Source of the DNA: Eubacteriales bacterium
GTDB lineage: Bacteria; Bacillota; Clostridia; Oscillospirales; CAG-272
Direction: 5' to 3'
Length of the DNA stretch: 64,000 bases
NCBI GenBank assembly: GCA_045661245.1
Contig: JAZRFH010000002.1
Location: 655-64,654, forward strand
In this document: piece by piece, positions 28,801 to 36,005 of the stretch
Position numbering within the stretch: the first letter of the stretch is position 1
Layout of the letters: each line of letters starts with the position of its first letter
Position numbers and translations under genes: made by a program
The notes under the pieces: generated by a model
Seen by the model: only the letters and a program-made list of their open reading frames with translations
Told to the model about the DNA's origin: nothing
Database searches by the model: none

Positions 28801-29788
28801 TGCAGTTCTGTACGTAGATTCGAATGCACCGCTCGGTAAGGCAAACGTTCGTCTTTCCGACTGTTATCTCACAAACGCGCCGAAAATTTCGTTTAGTAAC
28901 ACTATCGGCGACAATACGGCACAGTTTGCGGTTATTGCTAACACTAAGGAAAGAGTGATGCAAGTCGAGGGTGTTGAAGCTTACAGCTACTACGTAGGCA
29001 AGGCACCTATAGAGGACGGAGATTTCGAGGCTAACCTTACGCTGTTTACAGACTTTAACCTTAACTTCTTTGCAAAGCCCGGTGTTATTACTGCGGTATA
29101 TATGAACGGCTCTCCTATGACTGCACAAGAGTATATGGGACTTAATAAGTACTCGGTCACCGGTATTGCACCTAACGCAGCGGCAGAGGCTATAGAGTTT
29201 ACTGTATGGGTAGTAAAGGACGGTGTTACCTACAAGGTACCGCTTACCTACTCTGTATACGAATACGCAAAGCAGGTAATAAATGATGCTGCACTTTCGT
29301 CGTCACATCAGCTTGTGCTTTCGGCAGTTAAGTATATACAGGCAGCATACGAATATTGCGGCAAGGCTGTACCCGAGTTTGACAGCAACGGAGTAAGCAT
29401 AGTGCCTCAAGATACAACTGCAGAAGCGGTAACATCGCTTACAGCGGCAGTTCGCTCGGTACAGCTTAACCTTAAGGAGAGTGCGTATATCAGATTCAAC
29501 CTGAAGTCCGAGTATACAGGTACTCTTAAGATAAACGGCGTAAGCTATAACGTAAAGGCAGGTCTGGTAGGCGAGCTTGATTACGTAGAGGTGAAGATAC
29601 GTGCATCGGCACTTACCGACAGTATAATCGTTGAGGCGGACGGTGTTCCTGTAAAATATGACCTTAAGAATTACAGAAACAGTGAGAAAGTGCTTGCTGA
29701 TGAAAATCTTGGTAACCTTGTAGATGCGCTTTACACCTACGGCTACTATGCAAAGCAGTACAAGCAAAACAATTCTACCAATGACTGA
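22802..29788 (+). CDS. Giant secreted multidomain protein (2328 aa): signal peptide, two polysaccharide-deacetylase (CE4/NodB-like)+beta-sandwich modules, four ~310-325-aa repeats, and a C-terminal domain
   Basis: The frame is continuous and a gaggtag RBS lies upstream. The N-terminus is KKSRRIVMKGLVVVMALSLLIQPFLIFGSASD. The deacetylase motifs are TFTVDDG...HSYTH and TLTFDDG. The element TYAxW...LGG...NG recurs four times. Confidence 0.8.
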   Translation: MKTSIKKSRRIVMKGLVVVMALSLLIQPFLIFGSASDNEQSYSTEIMSVKGGKDAIATFTVDDGYNPNDLAVSALFGQYGMPVSLMVVPERVLDTGKYANFSTVEQLRELAASGLIDIQSHSYTHMYMAAPGHADYKEGNSNEVNRYREIVQSKQFILENFPNIDPVAFAVPGGSYDEPSFELVMKTYYASRAESGIATGTYQVLTPADTAEAGGWYNLRTLWLRNDVNEIKSYLDICVANGGWFLAGTHSIIEGGPNYDITSENLALVLDSVKEYSDEGKLWVASFADAVKYLREVENSTVKQYTTDFGMYVEVNMADATEGGLPLSRDIFDMPLTVKVEIPEGWSKVRFSQKGVHTTADTFTEGGKTFAYAEIVPNSGAVLVTDVNDELSLRTANATLTDAPNGATAIATLTFDDGLVQTATKLNELCAEYGVKASLMLISQNDRTTANVDFWNALLADGNLSAEGHGRYHDYIGGNPNYYPGYQGGYRPEDETIENINDEILGSLADLREMFPTQDVLGYTVPSSNYIANAYKVLYQNYYAALGGECVLTIPGNEGRRQLLDPYTSDPTTGSYKAGSWHQLYYVRLQPEAPRNNPAAYPQLTMENIIGYLDQCVNEGGWFITSAHGMYEDGYIDYTEEDLRQLMSRISEHQNGGKLWSATFSDATKYIRERQNSTIAVTTYGDGIYYANLTMADKTAEGLPLNVLVDMPDGSKRQIFDMPLTVKVEVPTGWSKIAYSQAGGDEQLADTFTVGDKTYAYINLVPNGGEAVFYAAVGGSLEGAVPEAPAGSYTQPKGTFVPTDVNVTYAAWANEKSFLDGNAPLKQFTSTTLLNTDIAGYGYIHVYRDLESSDKIYPTVNLVINLGGKSITTPTGNKIENGLTLTIKNGTWFNGTGNPNETGQIQIRPNCSHIIENVHLINRGQWVGYGTKSNLFLFKDSKLEINGQNSYFHLVANDVSDVVSELKFINTDIIVGGSISKDEGLFSIKKSAGTAKWKITLDRNSTLQGKVDNWVSCSESAGQAFRYQQQIFIEEGFTCSADAKPTFTYIKTTLNSDNQTTTTNNSAPANDAILKMSVVYPGTEYALLGELTYTDIGGMYTLTVPDGAIDAPVGYYITPEGAWTPKGTGVTYAIWDKESDYLAGKAPRAQFTSTTLDCEALKAGGYVHLFASVTANDKVLSPGGVMLTVNLAGHTLTANNGFGTDYSSFGLTVCNGIVYNGGQTNLKDGNVLFDNLHIYQNKYDLSWGAVADTWTYRDCILEINSHDSYYLLGGNELSQNSCLKFENTDIKVNGSISSQFGLFAITPEYRGIYNYTIIFDGKSSIIGNVPVLVSCLGEDGKFAGVQTVIIEEGFTASQGAVPNFKYIKAPMRDYTAGTESVLDANDTLCNMFVSARGEVTPTQKEYSFVKNGELYTLTLATDEPDEPDEPVNPGAWAPAANTTYAVWPSLEAFERGDAPTAEYTGNISVANLKSAGVGYVQVYKNIASADWWHIETGDKIIIDLGGTTFTSTHGIEIYGGTELTIQNGNLNHEDGQIYFNTVSKMTYRNLVINVTYGQTITYGYGCTELVYDGCTVTLNKSNNYFQLGSTSNSSPCSLKIFGTQFIVNTNLSDYFFKFSENGYDNIDANWEIIIDGASSITGTGSMPGLVGLYEYYAYNGGDRYGKFENTQVIRIGEGFKISKNLVASVAVYTVIEVDYEASSAAHSAIFKNASTLLANDDRCKIYIGDTLASGAPLYANPDASSELYSFSYSMDKENVSWYRVNAEGLYVGTRAKKNANGVAEFSAQDFNTFNKGETIYFAQDVITVDKIETSNKNRTDITFDLGGNKLIIEGGRITFALYSAQTLQYEYLSYTFKNGTIDANIKQSFYGSGHKDAVFTFDNITLNYNYDGGESNARLLDVYAGTFVIKNSTVNATQGCATFFQLGNNYHAVKIENSTINAQYAIGMYQNAQMRLDYDNFYIKNSVLNCEVAVLLVENDASTQDSFMNLDIVGSKINAPAVLYVDSNAPLGKANVRLSDCYLTNAPKISFSNTIGDNTAQFAVIANTKERVMQVEGVEAYSYYVGKAPIEDGDFEANLTLFTDFNLNFFAKPGVITAVYMNGSPMTAQEYMGLNKYSVTGIAPNAAAEAIEFTVWVVKDGVTYKVPLTYSVYEYAKQVINDAALSSSHQLVLSAVKYIQAAYEYCGKAVPEFDSNGVSIVPQDTTAEAVTSLTAAVRSVQLNLKESAYIRFNLKSEYTGTLKINGVSYNVKAGLVGELDYVEVKIRASALTDSIIVEADGVPVKYDLKNYRNSEKVLADENLGNLVDALYTYGYYAKQYKQNNSTND
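22970..25110 (+). repeat. Internal duplication: two [NodB-like deacetylase + beta-sandwich] modules
   Basis: ATFTVDDG starts at about 22970 and ATLTFDDG at about 24032. FDMPLTVKVEIPEGWSK (23795) and FDMPLTVKVEVPTGWSK (24959) are also alike at the nucleotide level over about 50 nt. Confidence 0.7.
25223..29000 (+). repeat. Four tandem ~310-325-aa protein repeats (possibly beta-helix-like)
   Basis: Repeat starts are TYAAWANEKSF (25223), TYAIWDKESDY (26192) and TYAVWPSLEAF (27128). A degenerate fourth copy begins near 28090. The conserved (N/D)LGG/NLAG element lies at about 25394, 26369, 27307 and 28270. Confidence 0.65.
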
Positions 29789-29802
29789 AAAGGAGAAAAG
29801 TT

Positions 29803-29913
29803 ATGAAAAATGAATATACAAGGCCTATGATACTCCTCATTCAGACAGAGGACGAGGATATAATATCCACAAGCGACGGTGACACCGGAAAGGTTAATCC
29901 GTTTGATTGGTAA
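29803..29913 (+). CDS. Unannotated 36-codon ORF: MKNEYTRPMILLIQTEDEDIISTSDGDTGKVNPFDW
   Basis: The ATG lies 14 nt after the stop of the giant gene. A strong RBS (aaaggaga) sits 6-7 nt upstream. The ORF is followed within 15 nt by a 10-bp GC-rich hairpin. It is too short for the supplied ORF track. Confidence 0.45.
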   Translation: MKNEYTRPMILLIQTEDEDIISTSDGDTGKVNPFDW

Positions 29914-29928
29914 GTTAATAAAAGAAAG

Positions 29929-29953
29929 AGCGAGGCGCCAAAAGCGCCTCGCT
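29929..29953. terminator. Hairpin terminator shared by the giant-gene/small-ORF unit and the convergent EamA gene
   Basis: A 10-bp stem pairs agcgaggcgc with gcgcctcgct, with a caaaa loop. A T-rich tract is present on the minus-strand side. The plus-strand side has only a weak tail. Confidence 0.65.
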
Positions 29954-29957
29954 TAAA

Positions 29958-30896
29958 TTATGTCCGAGAGTTGTTTTTTCTTTGGTTTATATAGTTGATA
30001 ATTCCTTTTACGTCAAGCTCTGCAAGTATCACTGCAAATAAGACTATCCCACAGCCTACGTATTCGCGCACCTCTAATACAGTACCGAACACTACCGCGG
30101 TGCCGATAACACCGAAAACGCTTTCGAGCGACAAAAGAATTGAGGCGGCCGCAGGGTTTGCACCGCGTTGGCCGATAATCTGCAGGGTGTATGCTATACC
30201 GCTTGACGCTATGCCAAGGTAAGCTATAGGCAGGGCGGCGTCCTTTATTGCCGCGGTGTCAATAGGACGCTCAAAAATAAGTGCTACGGCGGTATTTATA
30301 ATCGCCGCTGTAAAAAACTGTATGCAGGACATACGCACCCCGTCACATTTTGGGGCAAAGCGGTCTATTGTAAGAATATGTATAGGGAAAATCAGCGATG
30401 CGGCAAGCACCAATAGGTCTGAGCGGGCAATGCTGAAATCGTTTTTAATGCAAAGAAGATAAAATCCGACAACTGAAACGCCTACCGCAAGCCACACATT
30501 CAAGGGTGCGCGCCGCTTAAGCACAAGCGCGTAGATTGGTACGAGTACAACGTATAAAGCCGTGATAAATGCGGCCTTACCGCCGTCGGTCTCGCCGTTT
30601 ATACCAATCTGCTGAAAAGCAGATGCAGTGGCAAGCACAGTACCGCAAATAGCGCCGCCTATAAGCTCATAGCGGTTAAAGTCAAGCCCCTTTTTCGATA
30701 TAAGGCGCCGCTTGGTTTTAAGTACCTTATCAAGTATTATTATAACAACGGTAAGAAAGACACCGCCGAGTATGCTCCTTATTGCACCGAGGGTAAATGC
30801 GGGAATTTGCGAGGCACTCTCCTGCGCCGCAAAGGCAAAGCCCCAAAGAATTGCCGCAAGCAAAAGCAGTGTGGGTGATAAAAGCTTTTTAGACAT
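29958..30896 (-). CDS. DMT superfamily (EamA-type) transporter
   Basis: 312 aa with ten predicted hydrophobic helices arranged as two EamA-like halves. Confidence 0.8.
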   Translation of the reverse strand: MSKKLLSPTLLLLAAILWGFAFAAQESASQIPAFTLGAIRSILGGVFLTVVIIILDKVLKTKRRLISKKGLDFNRYELIGGAICGTVLATASAFQQIGINGETDGGKAAFITALYVVLVPIYALVLKRRAPLNVWLAVGVSVVGFYLLCIKNDFSIARSDLLVLAASLIFPIHILTIDRFAPKCDGVRMSCIQFFTAAIINTAVALIFERPIDTAAIKDAALPIAYLGIASSGIAYTLQIIGQRGANPAAASILLSLESVFGVIGTAVVFGTVLEVREYVGCGIVLFAVILAELDVKGIINYINQRKNNSRT

Positions 30897-31141
30897 AAAA
30901 TTCTCCTCTTGTTTGCATAGATTATATCAAAATTTTTATTCTTTTTCAACCTGTAGAGGTGAGATATTATTAGAAAATTTTTGTGTATTTTTGTCGATAT
31001 TTAACAATGCTTGGCAACGGAATAAATCACTCTGCCACAAAATATCTTAAAGTCCCAAAAGTCAAGATAAAAAGTGTACAAAAATTCAGTGTTTTTCTTG
31101 TTCAAAACTGTGTTACAGACAAATGCTCTGGTGTGTGTTAA

Positions 31142-31157
31142 ACACAATATATTGTGA
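31142..31157 (+). promoter_or_regulatory. NrdR box 1
   Basis: ACACAATATATTGTGA contains the perfect 14-bp palindrome cacaatatattgtg. It matches the NrdR consensus acaCwAtATaTwGtgt. Confidence 0.6.
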
Positions 31158-31165
31158 TTTTACCC

Positions 31166-31194
31166 TTGACAAAACACTAGATATGGTGTATAAT
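31166..31194 (+). promoter_or_regulatory. Sigma-A promoter of nrdD
   Basis: TTGACA at 31166-31171, a 17-nt spacer, and TATAAT at 31189-31194. Confidence 0.6.
31174..31189 (+). promoter_or_regulatory. NrdR box 2
   Basis: ACACTAGATATGGTGT lies 32 bp (about three helical turns) from box 1 and overlaps the promoter spacer and -10. Confidence 0.55.
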
Positions 31195-31238
31195 TGGAGC
31201 ACTCACGCATTTTAAGAATAAAAGACGAGGATATAAAA

Positions 31239-33413
31239 ATGAAACTTATTAAGAGAAACGGCGCAGAGGTTATCTTTGACAGAGAGAAGATTGCGGCAGC
31301 CGTTAAAAAGGCAAATACAGCCGTTGACGAAATGGATAGACTGCCAAACGGGGATATAGACGATATTGCTCTTACCGTTGAGAAGATTTGCTTTGATTTT
31401 TCCCGCTCGGTAGGTGTTGAAGAGGTGCAGGACTTAGTTGAGCGCGAAATAATGAAGCGAGGCGCATTTAACCTTGCAAAGGCGTATATCACCTATAGAT
31501 ATAAGAGAGAGCTTATCAGAAAATCAAATACAACCGACGAGAAGATTATGTCGCTTATCGAGTGCAATAACGAGGAGGTTAAGCAGGAGAATGCTAACAA
31601 GAACCCCACAGTTAACAGCGTTCAGCGCGACTATATGGCAGGCGAGGTATCTAAGGATATAACCAAGCGCTTGCTGTTACCCGAGGCTATCGTTAAGGCG
31701 CATGAGGAAGGTATTTTACATTTCCATGACTCAGACTATTTCGCACAGCATATGCACAACTGCGACCTTGTAAACCTTGAGGATATGCTGCAAAACGGTA
31801 CTGTTATCAGCGGCACTATGATTGAAAAGCCCCACAGCTTCTCCACCGCTTGTAACATCGCAACACAGATTATCGCCCAGGTTGCGTCAAACCAGTACGG
31901 CGGCCAGTCTATAAGCCTTACGCATCTTGCTCCCTTCGTTCAGGTGAGCCGCGAAAAGATACGTCTTCAGGTAAAGGACGAGCTTGCAGGCGTTGGCGTT
32001 ACCGACGAGGATGCAATCAACAGAATTACAGAGAAAAGACTGCGCGAGGAGGTACGCAAGGGCGTACAGTGTATACAGTACCAGGTTGTAACACTGCTTA
32101 CCACAAACGGCCAGGCTCCCTTTATTACCGTGTTTATGTATCTTGGCGAGGCTAAGAACGAGCAGGAGAGGGCAGACCTCGCTATGATTATTGAGGAAAC
32201 TCTTATACAGAGATACCAGGGCGTTAAGAACGAGGCGGGCGTTTACATTACACCTGCTTTCCCGAAGCTTATTTACGTGCTTGAAGAGGATAACGTAAAG
32301 CGCGGCTCAAAGTATTTCTATCTTACCGAGCTTGCGGCAAAATGCACTGCAAAGCGTATGGTGCCTGACTATATCTCGGAAAAGATTATGCTTGAGAGCA
32401 AGATTGATAAAAACGGCGAGGGTCACTGCTATACCTGTATGGGCTGCCGCTCATTCCTTACTCCGTATATCGACGAGGACGGTAAGCCTAAGTATTACGG
32501 CAGATTTAATCAGGGCGTTGTAACCGTTAACCTTGTAGACATAGCACTCTCCGCAAAGGGAGATATGGACAAGTTCTGGCAGGTGTTTGACGAGCGTATG
32601 GAGCTTTGCCACAGGGCGCTTCAGTGCCGTCACGAAAGACTTTCGGGAACTCTCTCCGATGCCGCACCCATTCTTTGGCAGTACGGCGCGCTTACGAGAA
32701 TTAAGAAGGGCGAAACCATTGACAAGTATCTGCACGGCGGATATTCGACACTTTCTCTCGGTTATGCGGGACTTTGGGAGTGCGTATACGCGCTTAACGG
32801 CAAAAAGCTTACCGAGCCCGAGGGCGAGGAGCTTGGCCTTGTTATAATGAAAAAGCTCAACGAGTACACCGCAAAGTGGAAGGCGGCTGAGAACATCGAC
32901 TACTCGCTTTACGGCACGCCGCTTGAGAGCACGACCTATAAGTTTGCTAAATGCCTGCAGAACCGCTTTGGCATAGTTAAGGGTGTTACCGACAAGAACT
33001 ATATCACAAATTCCTACCACGTTCACGTAACCGAGCCTATTGATGCATTTGCTAAGCTTGAGCTTGAGGCGAAATTCCAGAAGCTCTCGCCCGGCGGCGC
33101 TATCTCTTACATAGAGGTGCCCGATATGCAGAACAATATTGAGGCAGTTCTTGGCGTTATGGAGTATATTTACGACAACATTATGTATGCCGAGCTCAAC
33201 ACCAAGAGCGACTTCTGTCAGGAGTGCGGCTACGACGGAGAAATTCAGATTGCCGAGGATGCTGACGGTAAGCTCGTTTGGGAGTGCCCCGTTTGCCACA
33301 ACCGCGACCAGTCTAAAATGAACGTTGCACGCAGAACCTGCGGTTATATAGGTACACAGTACTGGAACCAGGGTCGTACTCAGGAGATAAAGGAGCGCGT
33401 GCTCCATCTATAA
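31239..33413 (+). CDS. nrdD: Anaerobic ribonucleoside-triphosphate reductase (class III)
   Basis: It has an N-terminal ATP-cone (KLIKRNGAEVIFDREKI), a C-terminal Zn ribbon (CQECGY...CPVCHN) and the glycyl-radical motif RRTCGYIG. ATG 31239 is preferred. Confidence 0.9.
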   Translation: MKLIKRNGAEVIFDREKIAAAVKKANTAVDEMDRLPNGDIDDIALTVEKICFDFSRSVGVEEVQDLVEREIMKRGAFNLAKAYITYRYKRELIRKSNTTDEKIMSLIECNNEEVKQENANKNPTVNSVQRDYMAGEVSKDITKRLLLPEAIVKAHEEGILHFHDSDYFAQHMHNCDLVNLEDMLQNGTVISGTMIEKPHSFSTACNIATQIIAQVASNQYGGQSISLTHLAPFVQVSREKIRLQVKDELAGVGVTDEDAINRITEKRLREEVRKGVQCIQYQVVTLLTTNGQAPFITVFMYLGEAKNEQERADLAMIIEETLIQRYQGVKNEAGVYITPAFPKLIYVLEEDNVKRGSKYFYLTELAAKCTAKRMVPDYISEKIMLESKIDKNGEGHCYTCMGCRSFLTPYIDEDGKPKYYGRFNQGVVTVNLVDIALSAKGDMDKFWQVFDERMELCHRALQCRHERLSGTLSDAAPILWQYGALTRIKKGETIDKYLHGGYSTLSLGYAGLWECVYALNGKKLTEPEGEELGLVIMKKLNEYTAKWKAAENIDYSLYGTPLESTTYKFAKCLQNRFGIVKGVTDKNYITNSYHVHVTEPIDAFAKLELEAKFQKLSPGGAISYIEVPDMQNNIEAVLGVMEYIYDNIMYAELNTKSDFCQECGYDGEIQIAEDADGKLVWECPVCHNRDQSKMNVARRTCGYIGTQYWNQGRTQEIKERVLHL

Positions 33414-33420
33414 GAATATT

Positions 33421-33449
33421 TGCCGAGCGATTTTGTCGCTCGGCATTTC
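33421..33449 (+). terminator. Hairpin after nrdD (weak terminator)
   Basis: A 10-bp stem pairs tgccgagcga with tcgctcggca. Only a short TTT tail follows. Confidence 0.45.
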
Positions 33450-33463
33450 TAGAATGAGGGGTT

Positions 33464-34438
33464 ATGAATTTAAAGGAGAAGTTTAAGCACGCCTTGGCGC
33501 TTGCCCCGCTTGCGGGATATTCAAACAGTGCTATGCGTACGCTTTGCCACCGCGAGGGCGCAGAGTGGAGCGTTACAGAGATGGTCAGCGCAAAGGCCAT
33601 TACCTACGGTGACAAAAAGACGGTTAGCCTTGCTAAAATAGGTGAGGGAGAGGGCCCTGTGGCGTTGCAGATATTCGGCAGTGAGCACGACGTTATGGCA
33701 AAGGGCACGGAGCTGTTATTAAATGAGCTTGTCGCACTTGGCAGTGCTATGCCGTTTGCGATAGATATAAATATGGGTTGCCCCGTTAAGAAGATTTTCT
33801 CAAACGGTGAGGGCTCGGCTCTTATGCGCGACCCCGAGCTTATATATAAAATAGTTCGTTCGGTAAAGGGCTCGTGTGATTTACCTGTAACGGTAAAGCT
33901 ACGCGCAGGGGTAGACGGTGAGAATATAAACGCACCTGAATGCGCTATGGCGGCAGAGTCGGGCGGCGCTGAGCTTATAACCGTGCACGGGCGTACCCGT
34001 GTGCAAATGTACGGGGGTACTGTAGACCGCGAGGTTATCAAAAACGTAAAGAAAAGTGTAGATATACCCGTTATTGCAAACGGTGATATTAAGTCGGGCA
34101 AGGATGCAATTTCTATGCTTGCAGATACAGGGGCAGACGGTATTGCAGTCGGGCGCGCCGCTGTTGGAAACCCCTTTATATTCAGTGAGATTTTAGCCGC
34201 TCTTGATGGCAGGGAATATCAGATGCCAACACTTGAAAGGCGCAAAGAGGCGGCAATTGAGCATATAACTCTTGCCGTCAGTGAAAAGGGCGAGCGGGTG
34301 GCTATACCCGAGTCACGCGGTGCGATTGCGTCCTATTTCACGTCCTTCCACGGCGCTGCAAGGATACGTGCGGATATTAACCGCGCTATGACCCTAAATG
34401 AGGTTATTCATATAATTAAAGAAACGGAGAATTCGTAA
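33464..34438 (+). CDS. dus: tRNA-dihydrouridine synthase
   Basis: 324 aa. The motifs LAPLAGYSN...VTEMVSAKA and the catalytic NMGCPVKK match the Dus family. Confidence 0.85.
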   Translation: MNLKEKFKHALALAPLAGYSNSAMRTLCHREGAEWSVTEMVSAKAITYGDKKTVSLAKIGEGEGPVALQIFGSEHDVMAKGTELLLNELVALGSAMPFAIDINMGCPVKKIFSNGEGSALMRDPELIYKIVRSVKGSCDLPVTVKLRAGVDGENINAPECAMAAESGGAELITVHGRTRVQMYGGTVDREVIKNVKKSVDIPVIANGDIKSGKDAISMLADTGADGIAVGRAAVGNPFIFSEILAALDGREYQMPTLERRKEAAIEHITLAVSEKGERVAIPESRGAIASYFTSFHGAARIRADINRAMTLNEVIHIIKETENS

Positions 34439-34543
34439 AAGACTTTACTTTTTTCGTAATTTATGCTAAAATAAGCTTATCGGGTATATTACGCCCGAGT
34501 GGTGAAAAAACTTTTTTAAGCACGGCTGTGCTTGGGGGTAAAG

Positions 34544-35317
34544 ATGGGAATAGCAATAATAACAGGTGCGTCAAGCGGTCTTGGCAGTCAATTTGCGCGT
34601 GAGCTGCACTACAGATACGGTATAAACGATTTCTGGTTTGTAGCAAGACGTGCTGACAGAATGCAGGCGCTTGCAGACGAGCTTTCGGTAAATGCAAAAA
34701 TTATAACGGCAGACCTTACGACAGACGAGGGCATAGAAAAAATACGCACGGCTCTTACAGAAGAAAAGCCCGAGGTTGAGTTTCTTATCAATGCGGCAGG
34801 CTTTGGCAGCTTTGGCAGGTTTGACGAGGTGCCCGAGGGAGAGCTTATAAAAATGATTGACCTTAACGTTAAGGCTCTCGTTATGATTACACACTTTACA
34901 GTACCCTATATGAAAAGGGGCGGCAGTATAATAGAGCTTGGCAGCGGCTCGTGCTTTACACCCTTGCCTAACTTTAACGTTTATGCGGCAAGTAAGTCGT
35001 TCGTTTTGCATTATACAAAGGCCCTGCGCTTTGAGCTGAAGAAATACGGCGTCAAGGCAACCTGCTTTTGCCCCGGCTGGGTAGATACCGAGTTTATCGG
35101 TAAGGCAGATGCACGCACGGGTGTTTCTGGTCCTGCAAAAATGTTCCCGCTCTTAAAGGCAGACAGAGTTGTACGCGGTGCTGTGCGCGCGGCGGTGCGC
35201 GGCCGTGCTATGTACGTTACCAACTGGTTTACTAAGATGCAGCACGTGCTTTTTAAGCTTGTACCCGACGGAATTTTGACACGGGCATGGCTTTTACTGC
35301 AGAAAAAGGAGAAATGA
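34544..35317 (+). CDS. Short-chain dehydrogenase/reductase (SDR)
   Basis: It has the TGASSGLG Rossmann motif, NAAG, and YAASK (YxxxK). Confidence 0.8.
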   Translation: MGIAIITGASSGLGSQFARELHYRYGINDFWFVARRADRMQALADELSVNAKIITADLTTDEGIEKIRTALTEEKPEVEFLINAAGFGSFGRFDEVPEGELIKMIDLNVKALVMITHFTVPYMKRGGSIIELGSGSCFTPLPNFNVYAASKSFVLHYTKALRFELKKYGVKATCFCPGWVDTEFIGKADARTGVSGPAKMFPLLKADRVVRGAVRAAVRGRAMYVTNWFTKMQHVLFKLVPDGILTRAWLLLQKKEK

Positions 35318-35318
35318 T

Positions 35319-36005
35319 ATGGCAAGGCGTCATTTAAATGCCGGTACGCTTACGGCTCCTCTGCCACCTGTTTTGGCAACGGTAGGTGTAGGCGAAATGG
35401 CTAATATTATAACTATAGGCTGGACGGGGATTTTGTCAAGCCAGCCGCCGAGAACGTATATATCGGTAAGACCGGAGCGCCACTCTCATAAGCTGCTTAT
35501 GGAAAGGGGCGAATTTGTAATAAACCTTACAACACGGGATATGGCGTGGGCGGTTGACTACGCGGGAATTTACACGGGTGCTAAGGTTGATAAATGGGAG
35601 AAATGCTCGCTCACCAAAGTGGAGAGTAAAGAGGTCGCAGTACCCACGATTGCAGAGTCACCCCTCTCGCTTGAGTGCAAGGTTTACAAGGTTGAGAGCA
35701 TGGGCACGCACGACGTGTTTTTTGCCGATATAGTCAGCGTTTCTGCCGACGAGAGAATACTTGACGAAAAGGGCAGGCTGATGCTTGACAGGGCAGACCT
35801 GTTGGCTTATGCGCACGGAGAGTATTTTGCACTTGGCGAGAAGCTTGGCAGATTTGGTTTTTCAACCGATAAGGGGGCGAAAAAAGCGGCACAGGTAAAT
35901 AAAAGTGCACAAAAAGACACCAAAACCCATAAAAATAAAAAAGAGGGTGACAAGCCGTTCTATCTGACGGCACCTCGCGGTAAGGGGGGCAAGAGGCGTA
36001 AATGA
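35319..36005 (+). CDS. Flavin reductase-like domain protein with a Lys-rich C-terminal tail
   Basis: The sequence NIITIGWTG...VINL... resembles a flavin reductase-like fold. The last ~50 aa are highly basic. Confidence 0.6.
   Translation: MARRHLNAGTLTAPLPPVLATVGVGEMANIITIGWTGILSSQPPRTYISVRPERHSHKLLMERGEFVINLTTRDMAWAVDYAGIYTGAKVDKWEKCSLTKVESKEVAVPTIAESPLSLECKVYKVESMGTHDVFFADIVSVSADERILDEKGRLMLDRADLLAYAHGEYFALGEKLGRFGFSTDKGAKKAAQVNKSAQKDTKTHKNKKEGDKPFYLTAPRGKGGKRRK

Noticed and set aside
32451-33407. A 318-aa minus-strand ORF inside nrdD; similar cases lie at 39726-40541 inside carB, 28328-29128 inside the giant gene and 35734-36348
   Set aside because: All are antisense to genes with strong family signatures.
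They have no motifs or RBS.
I treat them as shadow ORFs.
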